The notes beneath the pieces are model-generated. The model did not search any database. It saw only the letters and a program-made list of their open reading frames with translations, and was not told where the DNA came from. From the NCBI GenBank assembly GCA_964016885.1, contig OZ024743.1:369830001-369894000 (forward strand): 64,000 nt of DNA, written 5' to 3'. The DNA comes from Eledone cirrhosa (lineage: Eukaryota). This document shows, piece after piece, positions 35,299 to 49,200 of the stretch. Both the position numbers and the translations under genes were made by a program. Each line of letters begins with the position of its first letter. The stretch's first letter is position 1.

Positions 35299-35707
35299 GT
35301 AAGTAACTTTTGATTTATACCACATATTTAATGAGTCAGAGTGAGCAAGAGAATATTCACATGGTTGCCCATCTGTTTAAAAATAACAGACAAATCTCTC
35401 TCAAATTCCACCTTACTGGAAGAGCATATTGGACTATGAAGTCCTAGATATACAAAATGATGGGATTGATGATAGGTCTGTTCAATCTGGTGTGTCAACA
35501 ACATTGAGGACATATCCTTTTATTCTTTACTGGTTTGTCAGTAGGCAATGGCTATACTGGGCAACTACCTTGATTTAGTCAATCATATCAACCCCAGTAC
35601 TTATATTTTTAAGTTTGGTACTTATTTCATCGACTGCCTTTTGTTGAATTGCTAAGAAATAGGTCATAAGCTCAGACACAGGCATAGATAAACACATACA
35701 TACAAAC

Positions 35708-38700
35708 ATGGAATCAACAACACGAGCTAGAGGTCGCCATGCTACTAGACTTCCTAGCAGCCAGGTCAAACAGTGCCTTGAAACAACTATGCCTGTAAGA
35801 AACCTGACATCACTTGTATCATCTAAGTCTACCTCGAATGCTGGGGAAAACACTATCGATAATGATAATAATCGAAAAAATAATAATAATAATCGAAGAA
35901 ATTTGATACCACGTGTACCATTCAAGTCTACCTCGACTATTGTGGAAAATACTATCGATAATGATAATAATCAAAAGTATAAACAATTGAAAATTTCCCT
36001 CAACGAAATCTCCCAGAGAGAAATTAATTCATATATAAATATCTCTCTTGCTGAACGTATTAAAACAACAGTATTTAATAAAAAAAATAACAAATAATGA
36101 AATATTACGTGTTATTGACGAAATAGGGGATGAATATTTACGACGGATAAAAACCCAAAATTTTGGCAAATCAAAATTTTGGCAAATCAACGCCTGTTTA
36201 TATGCCTCAGCAACGACAGTAAAGCATTATCTTGGTGATAGCAGAGATATTAACAAGAACAAAACACCACCAAAAATACCATCATATATAACCAAAATAG
36301 AAAAAAAGATTGCTGACCTACGAAGAAACATAGGATATGTGACAATGCTCCTTACATGCAAACAAACAAAAAAACCTCACTCCTCACCAACAAAGAGTGA
36401 AAAATTATATAGAGACAATGTTTGGTAACAGTAGAACCAGAACTCTTCAATATAAGCTGATCACCCTCAAACAAGAATTGAGAGCTGTTAGCGAAAAACG
36501 CTGATACCTGAAGAAGGTAGATGAAAGAAAAGTGCTTAATTAAAAGATTCAGACGAAACCAAACATCAGTCTATAGAGATATGAAGGGCAAAATAATAAG
36601 TGTCACTGAGGCCCCATCCCAGAAAGACATAGAATCCTTTTGGGGAAAAATATGGGGTGAAAAGAAGAATTTTTGCATTGTGGCTAAAAGAAATCCGAAA
36701 GAATCCTACACTACAACAAAAACATAGAAAATAAGTGAGGGTACCCTTGAGATACAACAAAAACATAGAAAATAAGTGAGGGTACCCTTGAGACTGTGAT
36801 AGGAAAACTCCAAGATGAGAAAACACCATGAAGAGACATGATTGTCGGCTACTGGTACAAAAACTGATATTCTATCGGAGGTATCTTACTGACCTCTACC
36901 AACAAGTTCTTAAGGGAGATACACTTATACCAGAATGGTTGACATTAGCACAAACATTACTGGTCCCCAAGAACAAAAACACCCACTTGGAAAAAATCTA
37001 CCAACCCATTGCATGCCAGAATCTGATGTATAAGATGTATACAGCCTGCCTCAACCTATTCCTCCAAGATCACTGTGAAAATAATAACATCATCACAGAT
37101 GAACAAGCAATTGGAAAGAAAGGGGTTCGGGGATGTGCTGAACAACTCCTAATCAACAAAACTGCGATGTCGGAGGTGCGACAACTTAGGAGGAATATGG
37201 CTACATTCTGGCTGGACTAAAGGAAAGCTTTCGATTCTGTTCTCTACTTTTGGATGATAGAGGCCCTCCAACTTGCTAAAGTCCCAGACATTATTATCAG
37301 AGCCATAGAGAAGCTGTCTTCTTCTTGGGCTACTATCCTAAAGTTAAAGACAGAGAAGGAAGACTCTATTTTCACTGATAAAATAAATATCGCAGGGGTA
37401 TATCTCAGGGAGACAGTCTCTCTGTGATATTATTCATCCTGTCATTAAACCCCTTGTCCTTTCTGCTCAAGAAATGAGAAAGGATACATCATTGGCTCAG
37501 AGGACAGAAATACGAACCTAAGCCATAATTTCTTTGTGGATGATCTGAAACTCTATACCAAGAACATGGATGGGATGAAGAAAAATCTTGACCTGGTTAC
37601 AACGTTCTCAAAGGATATAGGAATGGAGTTTGGCCAAGATAAATGCTCATATATGACTGTAAAGTGGGGAAAAACAACAACCCAATCTAGCAACATTGTC
37701 ATCAATGGCCTAACTGTTTCACCGATATCTGTTGAGGACTGCTACAGATACCTGGGGATAGATGAGAACATATCCTATAATGGTATCTGTAATAAGGAAC
37801 GTGTAACCAGGGAATACTACACCCGATTAAGAAACATATGGTTATCGGAACTCTCTGCGCACAATAAAACAGTGGCTCACAATGTGTTTGCTGTGCCTGT
37901 CCCAACTTTTGGAATACTCAATTGGACGATAGACGAAATCCGAGCAGTTGATGCTGGAACTCGAAAAATACTAAATAACACTGGAAACTTCCACATCAAC
38001 AGTGACATAGACCGCCTTTACTTGAAACGTAAGCAGGGAGGCAGAGGCCTAACATCAGTCCAGACAACATTTGAATGTCGCATCATATCCCTCCGACAAC
38101 ATCTACGAACCTCGAAGTGTAGGAACCCGTCTCTCAAGCGAGTCTATCTGCATGAAACAGATAAGATCATGAGAGTTGGGAAGGAACTCCTCGAGAGATA
38201 TTCCCTGTGTGATAATCAAAAACTCACACCCAGGGAAGTGGCACAGCAGTACCGCAGTGAATCCATCGATGAAAAACTGCATGCTTATCAGCAAAAAATC
38301 ATGCATGTATATGTTGCCAGGAGGCTCCAGAGTGAGAGTAATATAGATAAGGAAAGTAGTCTATCTTGGACCAACAACCGCTATATTGGCTCCCACATTG
38401 AAGGATACGCTTTTGCAATCCAGGAACAGGAGATTAGCACGAAATACCTGATTCACAAAAGAGATAGCGATGCAGGCAAAACATCTAGATGTGATAACAA
38501 GTGCAGACTCTGCAGAATTAACATCGAAGATGTCACCCATGTCATAAGCAGCTGTCCAAAGATGTCATCGCAGTACTATCTACCTATGAGGCATGATGTA
38601 GTGGCCAAAACACTGTACAATGCAATCCGTAGAAAAGATAATAAACACATTAAAAGCTAGAGCAATGTGCAATACATCCATATACATAATATGAAAGAGT

Positions 38701-39210
38701 ACTGGTAGAATATTCCAGTAAAAACCCCAATAAAATGCAGACATAACAGACCAAATATTATGATATGGGAGAGGGAAAATAAAGCATGCACAGAAGTGGA
38801 AGTTAGCTTCCCAGCAGATGCCGATATAATATCAAAGATTAGCGAAAAGGAGAATATTTATGCAGAACTGATGAGAAATCTGCAGATACTCCACCCTGAT
38901 ATCACCTTCAGAGTTATGCCTGTGATTATTGGGGCACTGGGGTATGTTAGTAACTGCCTCAATACAAATCTTGAGAAGCTGGGCTTCACAGGAACAGAAA
39001 GAACACAACTAGTTAGGAAATTACAAGTACAATCCAACAGTAAAAATCTGTAAAACATTCCAAAAGTTTTGCATCTAATAACAGCATATACACATGTACA
39101 GATACAAAGCATATACACATGCACACATACAACTCAAAACGTACACGTCCACACATACAATAACATCCATATCTACACATGCTTGCATGCAGACATGCAT
39201 ACATATCTAC
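35708..39210 (+). mobile_element. R4/Dong-type LINE A (RT + CCHC + restriction-like endonuclease), degenerate
   Basis: WLD*RKAFDS, QGDSLS, FVDDLK, GGRGL, CRLC..VTHVISSC, RHDVVA, HNRPNIMI..EVS; ACAT-rich flanks. Confidence 0.88.
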
Positions 39211-40478
39211 CTATTTGATGTGTAAATTCCAATGACTCTCTCTCTATTGGTAAAAATTTGTGAAATTATAAAACCAGAAGAACACATACATACTACATAC
39301 ATACATAAAAGAACTGGAACAGTAATACTGCCAGCATGTCCAGACAAAAGAATATGACATAGATGTGTCAATACTGGAAACAGCTGTACAGAAATTGTCA
39401 ATAGGAAGTCACTAGGCCCAGACCTAATAACAGGATACTGGCTGAAGAATTTCACCTTCTATCAGCAAGATCTCATACAGCTGTTTAGAGAAACCACCAA
39501 AGCACACATGAACTGCTCTGATGGTTATCAACTGCCACTACTCTCCTCATCCCGAAAAATAGCCAAACCATCCTTGCTAAAAATTACCATCCAATAGCCT
39601 GCCAGAACATCATGTATAAATTATTACACTGGGTGCCTTACAGTATCATTGTGCCACCAACAACATGATAACACCTGAGCAAGCTGGTGGAAAGAAGTAG
39701 ATTGGGGCTGCATAGATCACCTACTAACAAATAAAATGATACAGGAAAAAACAGCAAATAATCACAGGAACATGACTGTGGTGTGGCTAGACTATCAGAA
39801 GGTTTTTGATAGTGTACCTCATGGGTAGATTATTAAGGCTTTACAATTAGCCAAAGTCCCACAACCACTAGTAGCTGTTATTGAATGCCTGACCAAGAAC
39901 TGGTACACTAATTTGATCCTTAGGGGTGAGAAGGAGCAAATTAAGACTGATACAATACACTACCAGAAAGGCATCTTTCAGGGTGATAGCTTATCAGTGC
40001 TGCTCTTCGTCCTCTCACTAAATCCACTATCATACATGCTCACAAAACAAAGTGATCATAGATGTGGGTCCAGAAGTATCTCCCATCTTTTCTTTGTTGG
40101 TGTCCTGAAGTTCTATGGGCCAAATACTAACTATATCAAAAAACAATTGGACCTCATTACACAATTTTCTGCAGACATCAGAATGAAATTTGGTGATTCC
40201 AAATGTGCATATTTGAGAGTAAAACGTGGAAGGGCTGTGCCCTCCTCTGGAAATATAGACACCAACGGCTTGACAATACAACCTCTACAGTCAGGTAACA
40301 ACTACAGATATCTTGGACAGGATGAGAATGTCAGATATGATGGACCCATAAATAAGGAGAAAACCAGAACTATCAGCGTATAACAAATACATTGCCCACA
40401 ATACTTATGCTGTGACAATCCTAACGCCAACATTTGGCCTGCTGAACTGGTCATTGCAAGAACTAAGTGAGATGGATG

Positions 40479-40993
40479 TTTAGCAGAATATTCTTTAAAA
40501 TAATATTTTTGGTTGCGAGAAAGGATCCTTAAAGAAGATTAGGTTATAAGGCTGCATGTTTAAGTTTCTTTATGAGGAAAGGATCAAATAGGAAAACATT
40601 GCAAGGAAATTATATAAAAGGTTTATTTTTCTCCGTAAATATTTACAATTAGTAGAAGGGTAAAAAGCTGCTGGCATGCCGCATAATTAAGTTGAACGAT
40701 AAAAAGTGTTGATGAATGTATAGGAAGAATGTAGTTGGGTCCTTGCTGAGAGGACCAAAGTTTCTTAGTGAGTTCTACATCTTGCCAGTTGTTCCAGGGA
40801 ATGGATTTAGTAACATCTTGTCTCTACGAAAATGAAGATGGAACTGTATTAGAAGTAAAAAAAGAGGCACAAATTTTCTAGCTGGGCAGAAGTCATTTCT
40901 CAGTATTTCTATGCCACCAACTTACCGACCTGGTGACAGACCAAGCATGACACAATTGTTCACCCTCGGTAAGTAGTGCCATTGCTTACTACA
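40479..40993. mobile_element. Solo LTR
   Basis: Termini TTTAG (probably mutated TGTAG)...CTACA with 4-bp TSD GATG; removal restores LINE B reading EMDVRTRK. Confidence 0.7.
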
Positions 40994-41209
40994 GATGTAA
41001 GAACTCGCAAGCTTCTCAGTGTTACTGGAAACTTTAACATCAACGGTGATGTGGATAGGCTATACTTCTCACGCAAGGAAGGTGGCCGGGGTCTAAAATC
41101 CATATTAATATCATACAAGACCCAGATAGTAATACTGAATCAAGATCTTCAACAGAAGAAAAAGGTCAGCAACCATCTTGCCCAGATTTATGAGCATGAA
41201 GGAAATAAT

Positions 41210-41390
41210 TGTTTCTACTTTTGGCACAAGGCCAGCAATTACCCAGTGCATTACTGGTACTTTATTTTATCGACCCCGTAAGGATGAAAGGCAAAGTCAA
41301 CCTCGGCGGGATTTGAACTCAGATCATTAAGGGACGTAACTATGCTGGAAAGCATGGCGTCCGACCCTCTACTGATACTGCCAATCCACT
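41210..41390 (-). mobile_element. SINE S1
   Basis: 16-bp TSD GCATGAAGGAAATAAT at 41194-41209 and 41391-41406. Confidence 0.93.
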
Positions 41391-42733
41391 GCATGAAGGA
41401 AATAATATCATTAAGATAGCCACTGATCTGGAGGAGAAATATGGAATAAAGCCTGATATAAATCTCTCTCCCAGTGAAATTGGAAGATCCTATTCAATGT
41501 TCAAACAAGATTTAAAAAATGGACCAATTTACAGAGAAAGTTGTGCATGGGTACCTGTATAAAAAAACACAGACCATAGAGGAGATAAATCATTCAAAAA
41601 GCCTGGCATGGATCTCCGACAAGTTTATGACATCCCACCTTGAAGGATATCTCTATGCAATACAGGAACAAGAAATCCCTGCCAAATATTTGCTCCACAA
41701 AAGAGGAGGGCCATCAGTCAACAATAAATGTAGGCTATGTAAAACAAAGATCAAAGATGAAAGCCACATTGTTGCCAACTGTGAAAGAATGTCGTCTTGC
41801 TACTACCTCCCTATCAGACATGATGTGATAGCTAGAACCATCTGGAATGCACTTAGGAAAACAAAATTAAAACCAAATGCGGAGGAATATGTTGAGATAG
41901 ATGGCACTAAAGAATACTGGTAGAACTTGAAAATAAAAACTGCCACCAAATTAAAGCACAACTGGCCTGATATTGTTGTTTGGGACCACACATTCAAAAT
42001 GTGCTCTATTGTAGAGATCAGCTGCCCACTTGATGTAAACATTGTGAGAAAAATACAAGAGAAGGAGGACATCTATGGACCATTGATGAGAAGTTTGCAG
42101 ATCCAGTATCCAAGATACACCTTCAGCTTCATACCCATCATTATTGGAGTGACAGGTTATATACCAACCATTTGGACCAAAGTATAACTGAACTTATATT
42201 TGTGGACAAAGAGCGCAGCTCCCTAATTCATAGACTACAAATGGCTGCAATAGCTAGCACCTTCAAAATTTGCAAAACATTCTTGTGATTCAAGGGATGG
42301 TGATTTCTTTTCTTTTACAACCTTGCCACCACGAAGGTGGCCGGTCAAAAATGTACTCAAAATTAAGAGAAAGAGGAACATACATACATATATACATACA
42401 TATATACATGCATGCAGACATGCATGTGTGCATACAGACATACAACATACATAAATACATGCATACATATATACATGTTGATTGCTACTTCTTGTCAGAA
42501 GAGTGCCATCCCTTCATTGAACATTGCACGATCATGAGCATGCAGGTGACTTTTCTGACCCACTTTTGTTTTGCGGATATGTTCACAGATGTGACACATG
42601 AACTGTCTGTTTCCTGGCAATAATGATTGGAGTGTATCTTCATACAAATTAAATCACACACATTGCAAATGTACAATGGAGAACGTGATGGTACAAGTGG
42701 CTCAATTTCACCCTGACATGTATGACTTTAGAG

Positions 42734-45294
42734 CAAAGGTTCTCAACGGGGGGCATATGCACCCCCAGGGGGCGTTTCAGAACTCCAGGCGGGCGTTTTG
42801 GAGCAAGGGCGCGTTAGGGGGCGTTTGGAGCTGGGGGGGAGGGGACACTGGAAGGCTCTTTACTTTGGTAAGTTTTGTAAACCATATTTGTATGTTTCTG
42901 AGACAGCCTGTGTGAATGCATTTGAATGAGCATACAGACAGCATAACTATGGTCTGACTGCAGGTGTGCAGGCGCGTCTAGACATTAACCGGCAATTCAG
43001 ATCCTAAAAATGGAAAAACCGACAGTCAACTGAGTCAAGGACACTTTGAATGCAGCCAGTTAGAATCTTGTCTTTCCTTCACCGATAACAATGTATTTCA
43101 TGTCTGAAATTATTGACTCAACTGTAACGAGTTAACACTATTTAGATCTATTTTATTCCCTATTGTATAAATAATATTACAAATAAAAAAGAAAAGAAAA
43201 AACATAGAAGCGGGTAGCACACACATCTAGGACCACATACAACACATAAGCAGATAATACACACATCTAGGACCACATACAACATATAATCAGGTAATAC
43301 ACACATCTAGGACCACATACAACATATAAGCAGGCAATACACACATCTAGGACCACATACAACACATAAGGAGGTAATACACACATCTAGGACCACATAC
43401 AACACATAATCAGGTAGCACACTCATCTAGGACCACATACAACACATAATCAGATAACACACACATCTAGGATCACATACAACACACAAGCAGGTAATAC
43501 ATACATCTAGGACTACATGCAACACACTGGCAGGTTATACATACATCTAGGACCACATACAACACACATTGTATCATGTGCTACGGATGACGCAAGAGCA
43601 ATAGTCAGCCAACATAAGGGTTTCGTCACTCTTCAGAAGAGAGAAAATGTATCTGTATTTGTTGTTCATTGTGTCATTCATCGATAACCCTTGGCTGCGA
43701 AGATACTCAGCAAGCCACTGAGCAAGTCCTTGCAGGTGGCCATTGATGTCATCAATTTTATCAAATGCCATTCTCTCAATGAACGAATTTTCCGGCAACT
43801 GTGCCAGGATAATGACAAAGAATTCGTCAAGTTGCTTCTTCATACTGAAGTGAGGTGGCTTTCAAAGGGCAAGTGCCTTACTTACTTCTTTGAACTGTTC
43901 AACTCTATCATTGAGTTTCTTCGAGGATTCAACACAGAGCTGTACAAGAAAACCCTTGATGTGAGGCAAGACTGCGCCTACCTTGCCGATATCTTCAACA
44001 AATGCAATAGCGTCATTATGGCTTTGCAGAGGAAGAAGATCACCTTGCTTAAAGCAAAGAGTGCTGTGAAAATATTCCTGGCCAAATTGAATGTCATCGA
44101 AAGGAATCTTTGTTGACGGGAATTCTATAATTTTGCTATTGTCACCAATGTTCAAAACATTGTAAGCGATGACCAACTCCAAATTTATACCGCTCACCTC
44201 CGTGCGCTACAAGACATGAGAGAACAGTTTGTTGACCTTTTGCCGATGGACATCCCAATGTGGATAGCAGATCCCTTCATAGCTACCATCGACGATTTGG
44301 ACGTTAAATTTCAGGAAGAATTCATTGAACTTCAAACAGACGACATGATCAAAATTAGATTTCCCAAAATAGGTGAACCCCTTTTTTGGATGCAATAGGA
44401 AATTTAGCTGTGATTTCCACTCCTACGTGCAGAGGCTAAGAGATTTGCTCTGCCTTTACCAAGCTCATACTTAGTCGAGAGGAGGCTTGGTGCTGTTTCC
44501 GGACTGCATAGTAAGTCTCGCAACCACTACAATGAAGATCTCTGGCTACATCTTACGAAAATTCAGCCTATGTCAAAGAGTTAGCTAGACTCCATGCAGC
44601 TCAAGGGTTCCATTGAAATGAGGTCAAAGTTAAAGTAATTTGATTTATCCGAAAACTTAGATATGCTATTGTTACAAAGCAAACTAACAATATTTTTATT
44701 TGTAGTTGCAGTCTGACTGGACTGGAAACCATCTACAACAATTCACTTACTCATTTGTTGTATATATTTTACCACTTACTAATAAATATACCCTCTTACG
44801 TGGTCATGAAAACCCTCTTCCATGGTCTCTAAGCTTACAAAGCAGAGAGGACATCAAGTTAGATATCAACATTTATTCTGTCCGTTTCATTAAAGGGAAA
44901 ATTGGAAAGCTTTGAAATGATATAAATGCCACTTTCTTCCAGATAAGAGCACTCTTTGGATAGACAGAGTTGCTCTTGTATAAATGTTCAAAATAGCTGG
45001 TATCGCCTGGTGGAAATATAACAAATTCAACTGGTCCTTATTCATAAAAAAGAACATTTATGTTCCTTTTTTTTAAATTTATATATTTCCTTTCAAGGAA
45101 TGTATTTATACTCTCAGCTGCCTGCAATGTTATCTTTGGAATATTGTTAACCAATTTTTTAGTTAATTGACTGATATCAAAATCAGTAGTATATTGAAAA
45201 ATGGGAAAATAGGTGTGGGGGGGGGGGGGGGGGGGCTTTCGTGATTTTGAGGGACAAAAAGGGGCGTTTGGCCTAAATGGGTTGAGAACCTGTG
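42734..45294 (+). mobile_element. hAT (Buster/Charlie-type) DNA transposon, defective
   Basis: TIRs CAAAGGTTCTCAAC / GTTGAGAACCTGTG; 8-bp TSD CTTTAGAG with central TA; transposase remnants ATDD, HCVIHR, LLHTEVRWLSKG, SSYLVE at about 43570-44620. Confidence 0.93.
43201..43570. repeat. 40-bp minisatellite, about 9 copies
   Basis: A(C/T)ACATCTAGGACCACATACAACACATAAGCAGGTAATAC-type units start at 43221, 43261 ... 43541. Confidence 0.96.
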
Positions 45295-45349
45295 CTTTAG
45301 AGGGTTGATAAATACAGTTTTTGATAGAATAAATCAGTCACATTCATTC

Positions 45350-46239
45350 AACCTTAATTCCTGCTGGGTTTTTGCAGACACTGCACTTGGATCTTTCTTA
45401 CAGAGATGTAAAAGCAAGTGGATCATGCTTCAAAGCAACATGATCCACCTGCATATTTTTCAAAGACATCACATCCATATTTGATGATCATTCTCCATGA
45501 TGTACAGCATTCAGCCAATGTCTCCCAGTTCTCCATAAAAATTTTCAGTGCTTTAAGATTGACTTTTATGACATCCTTAAACTGCTTCTTTGGTTTATGC
45601 TGTGGCCTTTTCCCCCTGGTCAACTCCTCATAAAATTTAGGCAGCCTTCCATCTTCTATACTGACTACCTGACCAGCCCAACACATCTGGCTCATAATAA
45701 CCCTCTTAATATTACCCGCTTTCTCAAGTACAGCAGCATCAGGTATGTAAGAGAACCTGTTGGTGCTCAGGATGTGCCAGATACAATGCTGATGAAACCT
45801 TTCTAGCTACTTGATGTGATACCTGTAAGATTTCCATCTTTTGTATTTGTATAGCTGGGCTTTAAGAACACAGGCCTCATACACAGAGAACTTTGTGTTT
45901 TTCGTGATACCCTAATCTGACCTGACCACTTCTCAAGCTGCTCAAAGACAAGACTCACTTACACAATTTTGTGATTTATTTCAGCATTAAAAGTACCATC
46001 TGAAATAAGTGTAATTCCAAGATACACAAAGCTATCCACCACAAGTCTTTTTCTTCTCATGAAAATGTCTGCTTCTCCATACACTTTCCCAACAGGTGCA
46101 GTGTACATGGTCTTTGTCTTTTTGATGCTAATATTTAGCCCAAACACAGTGCATGCATTAGAAAAGTTGTCCAATATCAACTGCATGTCCTTCACAGTAT
46201 GGGCTACAAAATCTGCATCATCAGCTTACAGGAACTCCA
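45350..46239 (-). mobile_element. RTE (BovB-like) LINE 3' fragment
   Basis: EFL*ADDA, FGLNISIKKT, FVYLG, WAGQV..DGRLPK..GKRP..FKDVIK. Confidence 0.8.
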
Positions 46240-49200
46240 TTACAATAGTGCATAGTCAGAGTAATCCCATTCACATGCGCCATCTTTTAACAAATGTAAT
46301 GGGGGGTGCAGCAATTCCCTCTCCATCCTCACCTTCCTTTCCAAGCAGAACTTAAAAAAGTTGATGAGGATTGACCAAAGAGGAAAGTGTCTGTTTTGAC
46401 TCCTTTCAGCCACATCCACCATACAACCTCTTTCAGTACAGCTACCAAGCAGAGGAAAACTAGCTGCCCTTCCTGACCAAAAGAAGGTGGTGGGGTGATC
46501 TTCATGGTGGACTCAGTTGATAGCCACATCTGTCCTATATGCGATAATAGCTGTTTGACAAAACTTCACAAGTCAGTAATATATAGATATGGGATGTGCG
46601 TGTGCAGTTTCGTCACTCTGCGTGCATGTCGGACAGGTTCATCTGACCACACTTCTGGGGCTTGTAGAGTTTATTTTAAACCAGCAGTGCTCCCTGGTAG
46701 CAATGACAAGGCAAGAATTACTGGAAGTTGTACACAGTCCCTAGTTTGAAAATTCTCCAGAACGGACTGGTCAATTTGATTTCATCGACACCCAGAACTT
46801 CTCCGAGAATGTCATCGCACTTACCTACCACAAACCCTCTATAGAATTCTAGAGTGGGATTGCCCAACTGGTAGGGGGCAGTAAACACCTGCGGAAGATC
46901 AGTCAAAGAGATGAGCTGCGGAAAGACTTGCTTCACAAACGGCGACCACACCTGCTCACCATTTAGCAATATCTGGAGATCCCGTAGCTTCAGCATATGT
47001 TTGCACATCATTAACCACGACATGCACAACCCCCATTTAGAGAGTGCTGGCAGCAGATGGATGAATTCACCAATGAAACCTGTCCTTTCCACAAGTAGTT
47101 GAAGAGCAGGCATTCCAATTTGGCAAGGTGTGAACAGAGGCAAGGTACGATGGTCAGGAGGTAATAGATGATGAACATGATGTACATGTTCACCACCTCC
47201 ACCCAATCTTTCAGGGATAGCTTCCTCTCAGCCCATTTCTGAGTGAGAATGGCAACCCTGCTCATTACTTCATCCGCCTGGAGGCCTACTGCAAACCATG
47301 CACTGAGCAACCTCACTGGGCTGACGCTGCTGTTGAACTGCATGGATTGGTCTCTCTATGTGCCAAGCTGCAAACCCACCACCTTTTCCGGGTTGATCTT
47401 TTCTCCCATCAACCTTTCATATTACTCTAAGAAGTTGGCGATGACCTCGATTTCTGAGATGTTCGCCACCGTCATGGTGGTGTGACCTGCATATGCTGGT
47501 GCAGTCCATCCACTTCCTAGTTCAAGTGGGATACTTTGCAATAGCTGCAGCTTTTGCACTATTGGCTTGAGAGTCAATATGTACAGAAGGGAGGAGAAAG
47601 GGCACCCTAGATGGACTGAATATACAATCTGGAACAGCTCCAATAGGTTGCCGTGGATTTTGACCACTGGGCAGATGCTGCTGTGCATTGCAGTGATCCA
47701 GCCTCTGAAGACGGGACTGAAACCAACCCCCATGAGGACTGTGTCAGTGTATCAATGGTCAACCCCATCAAATGCTTTAGATTTATATAAATTGATCAGA
47801 GCCCCACCAAAGCCAGGTTTACACCCTACCCTCTCTATGATGTAATGCATGAGTTAGAGGTTGTCGTGAATGGACCTGGTTGGGATTGCGCATGTCTGCG
47901 CATCACCTACCAAGATCTCGAAGACAAGCGCCAACTATGTTGCAAGCGCCTTGGCCAAAATCTTATACGCTGTCTTTAGCAGAGTTCTGGGCTGGAAAAT
48001 ATCAATGATGCCCCTCTTTTTCTTGTCTTTCCTCATCAGCGTTACTATGCTCTGACTTTCTGAACTGGGAACACGCCCGGGAATGATACATTAAGCTTCC
48101 AGTAACCAGGTCCCTCTCTCTGCGTTCTATCTAGGTGACCATGCAGATTAAAATTTTTTTTTTATCTAAATAGGCGATTGTTTGGAAATGAGGGCACCCT
48201 ATGCTATCCATATCTGCTGACCTAATGAAAAACCTATATGTGATCTAGATGACCCTATGTGGTTGGTCCAGGTCTACACTGGCGCATTTAGGAAATCTAC
48301 TCAGTACCTGATAAGGTTCTTGAGGCTTTTGCATCCCCACTTCTATCTGCTATTCCCATACAATCCCAGCATGCATCTAAGATGCTGTTTCAGTACCCCA
48401 CTAACAGTAAAAGGCGAGACATCCAGTCCTGGTCTAAATGCATCATCTTTGCTATTGCTCATGTCTAGGACTACCAACTTACCATCCAAGTCCAGGAAGA
48501 TCATCTATACAATGAGATCCAGGCCTTTCCTAAACTGCACTGCCAACCCACCTTCCATTCTAGGTCGACTAAGAATTGGGGAATATGACACATTCATAAC
48601 TAGTGACCTGAGGTCGTTCAGCAAGTAACCTTACTTCCAGAGCAACCCCAAGCGATATACCTTTATGCACCCCACTCTTTGAATTGCCATGCTGGTTGGT
48701 TAGATTTGAGAGAACAGAAATGGGGTCTACTTACCCTTCGAGTGTTGTGGGGGATTGGGTTGTTCAGTCTTTATATTTGGAGAGTGTTCCTTTGGGAACC
48801 CATTTAAAAGCCCTCCCATCGCTTTTACATTGGGGGTTCCCATGTTTTGCGGGAAGCTCTCAAAGTTTTGATAAGTCTATGGTGCCATTTGCACCATCAT
48901 CAGTGTCTGTGGGACTTGAAGGTGTTGTTTAGGCCATCAGTTCTTGGTTGGCCCTTCTTACTAGCACAAAGTTTGATGTCTGTGTAGTTGGTTGTTGTGA
49001 TTGCGTATGTTTTCATTTGGGTAGTTTTACTGATGGTGGTAGTGTTGGTAGTATTGATGTTATTGTGGATGTTTGTATTTGTTGTCTGGGTGATTTCCAT
49101 GTTTTCTGAAGTGTGTATTGGTGTATGTGTGTTGAAATGGTGCTGGAATTTTTGTTTGTGTGTGTGAGAGGTGGTGGTGGTGGTGGTGGTGGGTATTTTT

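Larger units (their letters stand above)
39310..42300 (+). mobile_element. R4/Dong-type LINE B, 5'-truncated, interrupted by a solo LTR and a SINE
   Basis: WLDYQKVFDS, GIFQGDSLS, EGGRGL, CRLC..SHIVANC, RHDVIA, HNWPDIVV..EISCP; (ACAT)n at 39283-39307 and 42378-42475. Confidence 0.88.

Noticed and set aside
43201-43570. CRISPR-like array
   Set aside because: Units are contiguous 40-bp repeats with no unique spacers, there are no cas genes, and the context is eukaryotic.
45789-45800. CTGATGAAAC as hammerhead core
   Set aside because: No room for stem II, no supporting stems, and it lies antisense in RTE coding sequence.
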